Translations under genes and position numbers: made by a program
Origin: Camelus dromedarius
Lineage: Eukaryota
Assembly: GCF_036321535.1 (NCBI RefSeq)
Contig: NC_087437.1
Span: 18,912,001-18,976,000, forward strand
Direction of reading: 5' to 3'
DNA: 64,000 nt
Notes under the pieces: model-generated
Seen by the model: only the letters and a program-made list of their open reading frames with translations
Database searches by the model: none
What the model was told of the DNA's origin: nothing
Part shown: positions 1 to 12,689 of the stretch, in pieces
How positions within the stretch are numbered: the stretch's first letter is position 1
Layout of the letters: every line of letters starts with the position of its first letter

Positions 1-199
1 TAATTGGGGACTCCAGCCCCGATCCCGGTCCCTTCCTGGCTGTTGAATTGGGGGCAACTTACTGTACCTCTCTAGCCTCCGACTAATCACTTTTGTAAAT
101 TAGGGCACGGTGGGCTCCGAGTCCTGTAGGGTCATTAGAGGCAGCATAATCCGTTCGTCACTGCTCCTGCTCTGGCACAACATAGCACTCCTGAGCTTG

Positions 200-3100
200 C
201 GGTTGGAGTGAAAATATCGCGCATTTGCCTGTAGTGGCTGCCTTGGGGATGCAGGCTCGGTCCAGGGTTTGGACCTACCCGCGCGTGGGCGGCAGTTCCG
301 TGGAATCTTCTGCCCCTCTTTCGTGGCACTCGGGCGAGCCCCGAGCTCCTCCTGCCCTGGGCACCCGGGTCACCGAGCTCCGGCAGAGCGCACTTATCAG
401 CGAACGAATTGAGAGCAGACACCCGGCGCGGTGGGTTTCCCGCGAAGTCTGGCGAAGGACCAAGGCCCGTCGGGTCTAGGGGTCGCTTGGGCCGCTAAAC
501 CAGTCAACCTCAGAGCAGCTCTAGCAAGCACATTGCATTCCACAGCCGGCGACGTCTTTGGCTGGCCCTGGTCTATCACAGTCTGTGTGCAAACGGGCAT
601 CGATTAACTTCTCTTGGCTTGTTTGCCCGTTTAAAATTCGAAAGGACAGCATTCCCCAGGGTAGTTGTAAAAATTGTGATTGAAAACTGTAAAGGTTCTG
701 TGTAAATATGAGGCATAATTACTACTTTCGAGCAGTCAGCTCCATCAGCATTTGGGCTGCGCGCAAACAGGACAGATCCAAGAACACTGGACAAACGTGT
801 GCACGGGTCTGTCACACGTGTGTAAAGGTGTCTGTGTGTCTCTTTAGAGGCATAACAAATGCACACACGTGTGCGTGTACATATAGACAGATCCAGGATA
901 CCTTCGTGCATATGTGTCTATGCATACTGTGTTCGCCAACGCGATTGTTTGTGCCTGGAGGCAGGGTATGCACACTGCTCAGCTGAATCGTTTCACTTGA
1001 ACTGGGTCAGTGCCACCTAGGGAAGTAGGGTCTCAGGTGCTGCTCCAGGATGCGGGAAAGCCCGGATCCGGTTAGCGACTCGGCGCTGGCAGGCTCCTTT
1101 ATCTTTCATCTGACGTTCATCTGACGGCTCGTGGGCAGCTCCAGTTTCAGTGGGGACCAAGATCCGCGACTCCGCAGATGAGGGCAAGGGGCAAGAAAAG
1201 GAAGAGGTGGAGAGAGCTCCCGGCACGCGAAGCTTCAGGGCCTCACTTCCCCTGTCTGTCGCCTTTTCTTTTCCTCCCCAGGTCGCGTCCTCTAAAAGAG
1301 GGACCCTGATCTTCCATTCGGCTCAGAGGAGGCGGCCCGGGCCCCTACCCCCATAAGCCATCAAGAAGGGGGGCGAACTGAGGATTCGCCCTCAGCTTAG
1401 GAAAAATACACGTCTGCAGCTCTGGCTGGGGGCCCCAGGGTACAACCTGGCGAGAGGCGCGCAGCGTGGCTGCTGGAGATCCCTCCGTCTCCGCCCGCGC
1501 CGGCCGCCGGGCTCGTCTTCCCCTTCTTTCTTCGGAAGAATTCTGAGCTGCGCAGCACTCGCGTCACCTGCGTGTGTCTGCGGCGAACGGATCGCAAGCG
1601 TACCCTGGAAAGCCCAAGGCCGTTGTCATGCGAAAGCAACGTCGCGGATGCTTGAGCCCCGTGGCGACTTGGGTTTCTAAATCACAGAAAGCGGTAGGGT
1701 AGGGTCACAAACGGCCTCCCTCCATCTCCGCAGACTCGTTCGACCGAAAGCAGGGCGTTACGCAGAAAATTTGAGGCCAAGAGCTGGAGGAGTCTCGGAG
1801 CCGCAAGAAGGCGCAGAGGCACGGCGGTGACAGACAAGGCACGGGTTCGGATCCTCTTGGCCAACCGAGCCCAGCAGCCGCGAACACCAGAGACGCAGCA
1901 AAAGTTGCTCACGTTTCCACTCTTGGGGGCCAAGTCAGGCGAGGTCCGTCTGTGGGGCATGGCCCCTCACCCCTCCTAGAGCCCTTAAGTAAGAAAACGT
2001 AATGCTGGTGGGGACCGGGTCCAGGGATTTTAGTGGTAGAAGACTCAGCGAAAGTTGAGAAACGCGGATCCGTGCCTCAGTTGGGCCTGGGGGTGGAAAG
2101 CAGCCCCTGGCCGAGTAGCCCCGCTGCGGCAAGGCCGGCCTGTTGGAAGCGGCCAGTGGACGGCCCCGCTGCCCCCTCCCTCGGGATTCCACAGGGCTCT
2201 GACCCGGCCTTTATCTCGGCGCGGTCAGCAGTCAGGGGGGCTTCAGGAAAGAAGACAAAGGCCCGGTGTCACTGTGGGCGGGGGCTCGGTTTCCTGACTC
2301 GCTGCTCACACTCACAGCCTTTAGGGCTTGTTGGGGAGAGATTTTTAAAATATGTGTTGAATTTCCTTCTTTCCCCCTAGAAACAAACAAAAAAGCAAAA
2401 AGCACATTCCCCTTACCTCCTCGTCCATAGAGATTAAAGTTTCCTGGGATTCTGTTCTTTCCTTTTCTTCGCCTGTCTAAAGAAGTAACTTTCCGTGGAG
2501 AATCCGGGGAAAAGTTTTATTTTATTCGGTTTGATAGTACTATTACTAAGGACAACTGGACCATGTTGAGCTCCCAACGCGGAGAAGCAGAGTCGGTCTC
2601 CCGGCGTGGTGGGGGCTCGGTGCGGCCAGTGCCGCGCGCGCGTTCCGCCACCTCCTGGGATGATCAGGGCCTCCTACGCTTCCCCTGCCCACCCTGCCGT
2701 CGGGAGCACCCTGAACTCAGACGGGCCCAGTCATTCTCGAATTTTGTTTAGAGCTGCCTAGAGGGGGCCGGTCCTCGCCAGATGATCCTCTCTTGCAGCG
2801 CCGCCACCAGTCTTGCGGATCCGGGACTCTGGCGCTCGGGCCAGGGTCTGCGGAGCCGCGGCCCCACGCGGTCCCCGCTCCCACCCGCGGGCAGTGCCTC
2901 AACCCGCTGCAGTTCCGCCAACCCGCTTCCTGCGTTTGCCCCTCAGGTTTCCCGTTTCTCGACAAAGACCGAGGGGAGCCTCTCCCACAAGCTGACCTTC
3001 GCCACTTCCCGCCCCTTGGCTACCTACTGCTTTTCTGGATTAAAAAAAAAAAAAAAAAAAAGGTGGGGGGGAGTTCAAACAGCCCCCGTTCAGGGAAGTG

Positions 3101-3450
3101 CCTGAGGGCGGGAGGCGCCGGCCTAAGAGCTTGAGAGTGGCAGCAGTGCTTGGACCCAAGTGCCTGAGTCTGTGTCACTTGGCAGATCAGTGGGCCTTTC
3201 TCAGAGAAAAGCTTGTCTATCAGTGAAGACTGCCTTAGGAGAATCGAGAGGGTGGTTGGAGGAGCCCGGGGCTGGGCTCTCCGTCTGGGTCTCCAGGGCC
3301 CGGGTATTCTCCGCAACAAGACGCGCCTCAACCCCAGGGTCAAGGGACTGGGGCAGGGTGAACGCAATCGCCCGCGCCCGGATCGGGAAGGTGATCTGAT
3401 CTGCAGCCTGAGCTCTTGGGGCGTGCAGGGGTGGCCGAGGCCGCTGCATT
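200..3450. promoter_or_regulatory. CpG-rich domain downstream of FOXL2 (several CpG islands; syntenic position of human LINC01391)
   Basis: High GC and CpG density at about 260-480, 1050-2300 and 2560-3440, with no credible ORF. The link to the lncRNA rests on recalled synteny only. Confidence 0.6.
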
Positions 3451-6400
3451 TGGATGTCAGACCCTACAGAGTTACTACAAAAGGCTTTTCCTTTCTTTCT
3501 CCTTCCCTCCTTACTCTCCTTTACCCCCTTCTCTCCCTCCCTTCCTTCTTTCTTACCTTCCTCTTCAATAGGGGAAGGAAAACCATATTGACCATCTACT
3601 ATAAACCGGGTACTTTGACACTGGAACATTTAATTATTTTAATAACTCTTTGAGGTATATATAATTCTATTTTACAGATGAGAAAGCAAATTCAGAATGG
3701 CTTTTTTTTTTTTTTTTGGTTCAAGTTACCACAGCTATTAAAGGAGGTCTCTGGGCTCCACACTATACCTTCCAGGGTGAACAGGCCTCTGTCCTTGCCC
3801 CATCCTGCACAGGCCACCTTGCTGGGGTGACATGGTCCTAGAGCAAAATTTTCAGAGCTCACCACCAAGCTGAAGCCCAAGCAGCAAATAGATGGCACAG
3901 CAGAAGTTCCCTGAGTACAATCGGACCACAGCTCAGACCCAGACCTTTGCTTCCGTCTCCTCTGGCTGGCTCCCCCTTTACCCACGGGGCCCCTCAACAT
4001 CCAACCTCAGTCAGCAGGGCCTGTGCCACTTGGAGAGCCCAGTGGGCAGCTGGGCTTGGTGCTCTCAGGTCTCTCCATAAAACTTCTGAGGTAGTTGGCT
4101 CCACAGATAGCTGGGTGACCTCTGGCTGGTCCCTTCTTTTCTCAGGACCCCAGGTTCCTTAAATGTAAACAAGATTTGGGGTTCATGGGCCCAGACACTC
4201 TTGTGACAGAATGGAGCCCTCTCTCCAGAAAGCTAATCAGACTGCTTGGTTTCAGGAATCTGTCACTTCTGGTTGTCCCTAAGGCAGACTGGGGCATGGA
4301 GATTGCTTCCAACCATTCCAGGCTTCTGGGCCCTGCCATACAGGAGAGGTGTGGGCTCCTGGGCTACTCCCAGAAGAAGGGGCTGCCCTGAGGAGGCAGC
4401 CGGATGGACCAGGCATCACCACCACCACCAGATTAACTCCACGGAGTGGGAGAACTGCAGGCCTTCTGAGGCTGACCAAACCGCTCCCTGGCCCCTGACA
4501 CCATCCCAGAGGCCAGGAGCCTGGCCCAGCAGTTCTGGTGCTCCCAGCCTCCATTAAGGGAAGAGCTCACTCATGGGCAGACTGTCTTGGTTCTGATCCA
4601 GTTTCCAGGTCCATCCTCTCCTGCCCATCTGGCTGCAAGAAGCCCTGGCCTGCCCCTGGTTTCCACCCACCACCAGGGGGCTCTTCAGCTGGGAGTGCCA
4701 GCCTCTGCCAGTGGGAGGCCCAGGCAAGGGTGGGAGAGCACCTGACCTCAGGTGAAAGGTTTTGGGCTTCATGCCCATCCAAATCCAGGATGCGGGGCAG
4801 TGAACTCTTTACTCATGCAAGGGGGAAACAGGCCAGGAACACCCTCTGGGGTAGGGTGTGGGGTCATCCCAGAGAACACCCTAGGTCCCCACCTTACAGT
4901 CCCTTGATGTATGTACTACACTGGCAAAAATTTTCCTCAGGTCCCCCTGAGAACAGGACACCCTCCCCGACCAGAACCCAAATACTCTGGCTAGGCAGTT
5001 TTAGGGGGTGGGGGTGACCAAGAATTTGTGTGTAAATGTGAGGAGGTGGGGGACATCTCGTCAGTGCTGAGTGTAGGGATGTTTACATGCATGCAAGTAC
5101 ACACATAATCCTCATTCAGTGCCATGTGTAGCAACTCTATCCAGGACATGCAGAAACTGGCAGTGTATTTGTGTTAAACTATTTATGTTGTATTTACAAT
5201 ACACCCTGGCAAACATATATACACACACCCACGTGGTTTGGCCATCTAGACCAGACTGTATATGCTAAAGCATAATTGCTACGTATCAAGAACTCTCTTA
5301 AATACTTTTGCCCTTGCTTAGGGAATTCCTTCAATCATCTTTTCTAACAGAAACTCAAAAGTGCAAAGAGGCAGAGGAGAGAAAGGAAATGAGAGATGAA
5401 GAAAGTCAACCATTGCCCTTAACTTGTAGCACTGAGGGGAAATGACCAAAGTATAGAGTTTGGGAGAAACTCCTGGGGCTGGAATTAGAGACAGATGTCT
5501 TCCTGTGGGCATCCATGGAGAAGTGGGGTATGATTTGGCTCCCTTCTCTCATCTTCTTCAATCTCTGTATAGACCAGGAATCCCTCCCCATTCCTTCATC
5601 TCCTCCTCCAAACTTAGTGAGGCTACTGCTCTCTCCCTAGCCTTGGGTGCCTCTCGCCTTTCAGTTCTTGGTGGGCAGAGAGAGGCTATGTCCTCCAATG
5701 CTGGCCTAGGCCAACTTCCCCACCTCACTGGAGGCTCTGCCCGGAAGACTTCCCTCCACTTCTTTCTCTCCTTGGAATAGCAGTTGTGGGGTGCTGAGAG
5801 CCAGCCTTGGAACAGCGAGCCTCAACTAGTTGAAGCAAAGGCTCTGTATGTATTCTGCTTTCATTCAGCAAACCAGGATTATATACCCAGAACATAATTG
5901 CACATGTTACCAATGACTTAACGAATGCCACACAGGCTGTGGTCCCAGTAAGCATTCCCTGAATATTAGCCATATGATTATTACAATGCCTAAAATATAT
6001 GCACTCTTTGAAGGTGAATGACAGACATACAGACCTCCCTTCCTGTCACCAGGACACAACTCACACGTATTTATAGAAGGCATAGACTGTACAACTGCCC
6101 ATGGGATACATATTCACACCACAGAAAGCACAAACAGAGAAGAACACAGCAGTCCACTTTCTTTTCTGCAACTCACCTTAGTCAGCCCGACAAAGGTGCA
6201 GCAGGTTGCCAGAAGTACCCAGACACCAAGCCTGACCAGCCTTTTGGGCTTCTTGCTTGCCCGGGCTGAGCCCCTCTGCAGCCTGCTTGCCCGGTTCCCG
6301 TGGTCCTGGCAGGCTCCAGTTCCTGTCTTAGGATGATGCTCCTTAGAATCTCCATGACTTCATCCTCCACTTTCCAGCCTCCCCAAGATACCCGAGAGAG

Positions 6401-7384
6401 GAGGGGTCTTCCTGAGCCTGAGCCACTTCCCCTTGGGCCCAACTACACATAACAGGGCTCCTACCCTGACTTTGCCGAAGAGTAACCACCAGTAAAGGCG
6501 GAACTAGGGGGCCTGCAGGCTTGTGCTTTGCCGGAGGCAGCTGCTCCCAGCCCACTGGTCGACCTGGACCTGTGGCCATTGCTGTCCAGGTTGAGTAGGG
6601 GGCAGTGAGGGACACGTGGCTGGGTGCAGGGTCCAACTTAAACTGTCCCATAGTGGTGGTAAAAGTGGCTGATACTTGTCATCCAACTGGAGGACTGAAA
6701 GCTGACCACCCCTTTTCCCCCTTGCAGCACCGGCCTGCAGTCGGGTCTGTGCTTGCACGGAAGCACCGGTCTTAATTTGTTATTTGAAGAGTCTCAGTAA
6801 AGAAAAAGAAAAAAATATTAAATTTCTACAGCCACGCAGAATGTTCCTCCCTCTCTGATACTCCCAAATCTCTTACACATATCTCAAGGTAAATGAATTC
6901 TGATTACTAAAAATAAGGCGATCAGTCGCTGGTTACATTTGTACAGACATTTGCAGCTTACAGTGCATTTCCGCAACCAGGATTTTATCTATTTGGAATA
7001 AACTTTTCTGGCTGTTATATTTATCTGGAAAAACTGAAAAGACAATATAATAAAAACACGGCCCACACACCTAGCACAACTGTGTAAGAGAGAAAATTCA
7101 AACTAGCATGGATGCAAAAATAGAACAAATACTACCTACAGTCACGCCTCGTGAACGAATCACGGCAGATAAATCCTCTCTGATGACGTTAAACAGCCGC
7201 AACAGCCCAGCAATGATACAGAAAACAAACAATCCCTGGGAAAACAAAGCGTCCGACAACCACAAAGCGCCCCCACTCCGACGGCCCTCAACCCTTGTTT
7301 ATCTGAAAAAGGATACATTTTTGCTGAATATCTCCCTCTTTTACTGAACAAACTTAGAGGTGACGTAAATAATATAAGTCCGTG

Positions 7385-8730
7385 TTAAAAGAAAGAACAA
7401 AAAAATTTATTCAGAAATTGACAAGACAAAACAACAACAACAAACAAACAACAAAACAACAAAAGTGCTCTAGTTCTCTCTAGAAAATTTGGTCCTCCAA
7501 ACCACACACACACTACAGAACAACCAGGTCTAGAGTTTTCGGGCCACAAGCCCGCCTGGTCCGACTGCTGCCGGGTTTCACATTTCTCCTGCCCAAGGTG
7601 GGAGAAGCAAGACGTTTGAAAAACAAAAATCAGGGAGGGGATGAGCCGACCCTGCAGCTTCCGCCAGGCAGGCAGTGATCTCCCGGTGCTTGGCGCTCGG
7701 GCGCTTGCATCGGATGATAGGGGGAAATTTGTTTTTAATTTTTTTTTTTAAAGATAGGTAGGGGGTGAATATTCTCTAATTTGTAGAGGAAACCATCCGT
7801 TACTGGGCATATTCTCCTACCTCTCTGAACATAGCTTTTTGAAGGCCGGACAGAAATTCTATTTCAAATCTCCTGGAAGAGAAGATTTTCATGCTTTGCT
7901 TTAGCAAGCTCCAAGGCCAAGATACCTCGCCGGTTTTCCCGGTGAGTTACTTTCCTTAATATTTTTTAATCATGTCTAAAATAGCCCTCCTGATTTTTTT
8001 TTTTTAAGCAAAACATTAGCCAGCCGCTCGGGCCTGGAGGGGCCCGAAGGTCGGGGATGGAGATCGGAGGAAATGCAGCTTTTCTCGTAGCCAGGATGCG
8101 GTGTAAACCCGGGCGCAGGCCGCGAGGGAGAAGGCTACGGTTCCCTGCTCTGGCCCAATCCCCGCCCTACAGAGTAGGCCCCGGCAGCGGGCTCCTGAAC
8201 AGCTCCCAGAGGGTACGCAGAGCAAACACGTTCGTCCCTTTCTCGGCCGGCGCGGGTCTCGTTGCCGGCCCAGGGCGGCGCTTCTAGCTAAGGATGGCGC
8301 GGCAGCCGGGCGGGGAGAGCCGCGCGCGAGCGCACCGACCTGTGAGAGAAGGCCAGGAGGTCTGAGCCGCCGACGCCCGGCTGCACCTCGGCCCGGGCAC
8401 TTCCTCTCCGAAGTGAATATTGTCAAGGGGTGTCCAACCCGGTCCCTGGGCTGCCCAGAGGAGACGAGGCCTGGCAAAAGCGCGTGGAGAGGCGGCCTGC
8501 AGGCCGGAGGGGCGAAAGGGCATAGAGGGCAGGGAGGCGAGCACAGGAGGAGAAGCGAAGACAAAGAGGAGCGAGAGGAGCCGAGGGGAGCGAGGAGGCG
8601 CTGAGGGGCCGCGGGCGGGCGCTGGCTCAGGGGCGGCCCCAGCGACGTGCGGTCTGGCTGGTGGTGGCGGTTGCGGCCGAAGCCGGCGTCGCGCGTCCCT
8701 GCATCCTCACAACCGGCGTGCGGTGGGCTC
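7385..8730 (-). other. FOXL2: FOXL2 3' UTR (about 1.35 kb; end approximate)
   Basis: Lies between the stop codon and the AATAAA signal. Contains a (GTT)n-rich stretch and miRNA seed matches. Confidence 0.7.
7406..7411 (-). terminator. FOXL2: FOXL2 polyadenylation signal AATAAA
   Basis: tttatt on plus at 7406-7411, about 1.3 kb past the stop codon, in a T-rich context on the sense strand. Confidence 0.7.
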
Positions 8731-9948
<1,218 letters not shown>

Positions 9949-10068
9949 TCACCGCCGAGTCTCAAACTTCTGGAGACTGCAGATGCTGCCCGCGCTCTCG
10001 CTGGCGGCCTCTCGCTCCTCTCTCCTCTTCTTTCCCTTCCCCTAGGGAGCGGCCGGCGGGAGTGGAGC

Positions 10069-10083
10069 TCAGCCTCTGGCCAT
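10069..10083 (-). promoter_or_regulatory. Upstream mini-ORF (MARG*) in the FOXL2 5' leader
   Basis: ATG GCC AGA GGC TGA. It is the only sense ATG between the promoter core (about 10330) and the main start. Confidence 0.55.
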
Positions 10084-10249
10084 GGGGAGTCCGCCCAACA
10101 GAGAGGGGCTCTGGTCCCGCCGCCCCTCCCCGCCCAGGCCAGTCCCCGCCTCGGTGGGTTTTCTTTTCTGCGCTCTTCCCCTCCCCCCACCCTCCGGTTT
10201 CCCGAGGCACGACCCGCGTCTCTGGCGAAGCTGCCTCCTGGAGTCCCTA

Positions 10250-10420
10250 GTGCGCCAGGAGCCTCGCTCTGTTCTGATTCGTATGGGCTCCGCCGAGTTC
10301 CGCTTGCGTCAGGCGCCTTCGCCCCTATAGCGGGGCGGCCAGTCGCGCACGGGAGAGTTCATCTCCAAGTCACTTTTTGTAAACGCCCCGCACAGCCCGG
10401 ACGGGCCTGCCCCCTCCCAG
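10250..10420. promoter_or_regulatory. Bidirectional FOXL2/FOXL2NB core promoter
   Basis: CRE/ATF-like TGACGCAA (minus, 10304-10311), CTATAG (10325-10330), GC box (10332-10338) and forkhead core GTAAAC (10379-10384), between two divergent units. Confidence 0.7.
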
Positions 10421-10508
10421 GGAGCTTAGGGGGCCGGCGGACAGCCGGGCTCACGCTCTCACAAGCCCTTGGGTCTGCCGGTGCTCGCTCTGCGGACTGG
10501 GCCGGGAG

Positions 10509-10605
10509 ATGCCGAGGGCCCCGGCGGGGTCCGTCCGCACTCGGTCGGTGCCCAGGGAGCTCGGGCCCTAGTTGGGAGAGGCGCGCCAAGCCTCGCAGCT
10601 TCCAG
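10509..10605 (+). pseudogene. FOXL2NB: FOXL2NB (C3orf72)-homologous first coding exon with premature stop
   Basis: Translates MPRAPAGSVRTRSVPRELGP*LGEARQASQLP, resembling the recalled human N-terminus [33 protein letters not shown]. TAG at 10569-10571; donor CAG/GTGAAA with GT at 10606. Confidence 0.75.
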
Positions 10606-11279
10606 GTGAAAGGAAACGACTCCTTTGCTCTGCCCTTCGTTGCTGGCTTGAGGCTAAACTTCTAGCTCGGGCCCGGGGGAGGGGCAGGACGGCAAGGGGG
10701 CCGGACGGGGGTGGGGTGGAGAAAGCTAGCTGCGCGGTGGCTTTGGGAAAATCAGCCCAGAAACGCGTGTCACTGAACGAAGAAACCTCGGCCTGTCCTG
10801 TCCCTCGCGCTCTCAGAGTGACTGGGCCGGGATGGAGCTGGGGAAGAGGATCGCTGGGAAGAAGTGCCCAGGGGCTCTGCCTGAAGACCCTCTGCTCTTC
10901 CTTGCGCCGTCCCTGGACCTAGGGACCAGACCCCTCCTCAGTATCTGCGAGGTAATCCTACGGGTTTGATGTATGCTTTAACACCACCAGGTAGACCCCT
11001 CTCTGCTTCTGCTCCGACACAGGCGCGAATGTTCCGGTAAGGCTTTGGAGGACTGAATCTGTATGTGCATCGGTACCGCAAACAGAAGTCATGGGGAGCC
11101 TGTCCTTGTGACACGTGAAATACCAGCTGTCCAGGAGCATGTGTGCTGGTGCAGAAACAGGTGTGTACATGTGCAAGGTGCTTGATTTATATTTATGGGG
11201 TAAAACACATTTATATTTATAGACATGTAATGACATGTTTATCATGTATCAGAATAAATATGGATCATGGACATTGCAT

Positions 11280-11430
11280 CTTCTTTTTCCTCCTTTCTCT
11301 CCCCTCGCCTCTCTCCTTTCATTATCTTTCCTTCCCTTCTTCCTTCCTTCCTTCCTTCCCTTTCCTTTCTTTCTTTCTTTCTTTCCTTTCTTTTTCTCCT
11401 TCTTCCCTCCCTTTCTTCCTTTTCTTCCTG
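11280..11430. repeat. Polypyrimidine (TTCC/TTTC)n low-complexity tract
   Basis: Almost purine-free run of about 150 nt. Confidence 0.9.
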
Positions 11431-12689
11431 GCTCTCTTACTGCCAGTGTATATAGTCTGTCACAGCCTAGGAAGAAAAATAACAGGCTGTGAGGGAGACA
11501 CTTGTTCAAATCTCTCTCCTGACACTACATTTGTTCTGATCTTTCTCCAGGGCTGAGGGGTGAGTTCTCACCGCAGAAGTCTGATTGGGACCCAGTTACA
11601 TCTGCATGCATGGAGGTTGTCTCAGGGAAAATCAGTGCTGGGAAAATCAGTGCTGGCAAAATAGCCAGGTGTGCCTTTTAACAGTTAACTCAGCCTTAAC
11701 AAAAAGTCCGCAATCATAAAGTGTGAGAGACCTGGCTGGGTGTTTTGAGTCCTCATGCCCCAACTCCTTGGTGCTGAGGAGGCCAGGATACTTTGTGAAG
11801 TAATGTGGACTGAATGGATGTCATGTCTGGAGTGGCTGGCCCAATGCCTGTCATTGCCTCTTCCTCCCGAGCCTCCCAGTCTCTGAGGAAGCCTGAAGAG
11901 CCCTTGGTGGCCTATGGCCCCAGCAACTGCAGGCCACCTATATATGCTGCCTCTTCCCACTAGGGCCCAGATCTGCATTCTGAGATTAAAGGAAAGGATG
12001 CTGTGCTCTTTGGAATTCAGCATCCACAAGATGACTCCTGAGAGGTCAGCAGGGCAGCCTGGTCTGACCACTACAGCAAGAGGGAGCAGTAACTCACCTC
12101 AGTAAATACCTTCATCCTTCACCATTGAAAAGATCTCAAAGTGGCTTGATTGGATTCATTCACCGCTCCCAACAACTAGCTCTTCTTCAAAACCTCTGTG
12201 ACTGCTTCCTGAGCAGGAGTGAAGGTGTTTTTCTTCGTCCTCACTCCAATTTGTGCCCAGGCTATGGGTGGGCATGGGGTGAGTTGGGTTTTGGGCTGCT
12301 GCAGATTAACCTCAATGCCCATCCTCCCCTAGGGCTTTGGCAGGGGGAAAAAAAACAGCTGGATCTGGCCCTACCTTGGGGGGAGGGGGTGCTGCTCTCT
12401 CCTTTTTTTTTTTTCTGACCACCCAGGCTGGGGCCATCTCCCCCCTCCCCCCGACTCTGTCCCCCAACCCCCAACCCCTTGCAGGCATTTCCGCCGCTGG
12501 CCTGTAGCAGCCAGGTGTGACAGCATTGTTGTGTGTGTCATCACTTCCCTGAATTCCAAACTCGGCTCCCTTTTCAGCCTTAAGGAGCCTGTGTGTGTGT
12601 GTGCGTGTGTGTTAAAGGAAGGGGTTCCTCTAAAGGATTTTCTGACTGGAAAGAAGAGGAGTCCTGCTCCCTAGGTATTGCTCTTTCCA

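Noticed and set aside
10572..10922. 116-aa plus-strand ORF as the FOXL2NB protein
   Set aside because: TTG start directly after the premature stop. Only about 11 codons are homologous before it runs through the splice donor.
11143..11556. 137-aa Phe/Leu/Ser-rich ORF
   Set aside because: It is a translation of the polypyrimidine microsatellite.
11626..11655. 15-bp tandem duplication ggaaaatcagtgctg
   Set aside because: A simple slippage duplication with no evidence of function, and not an array.
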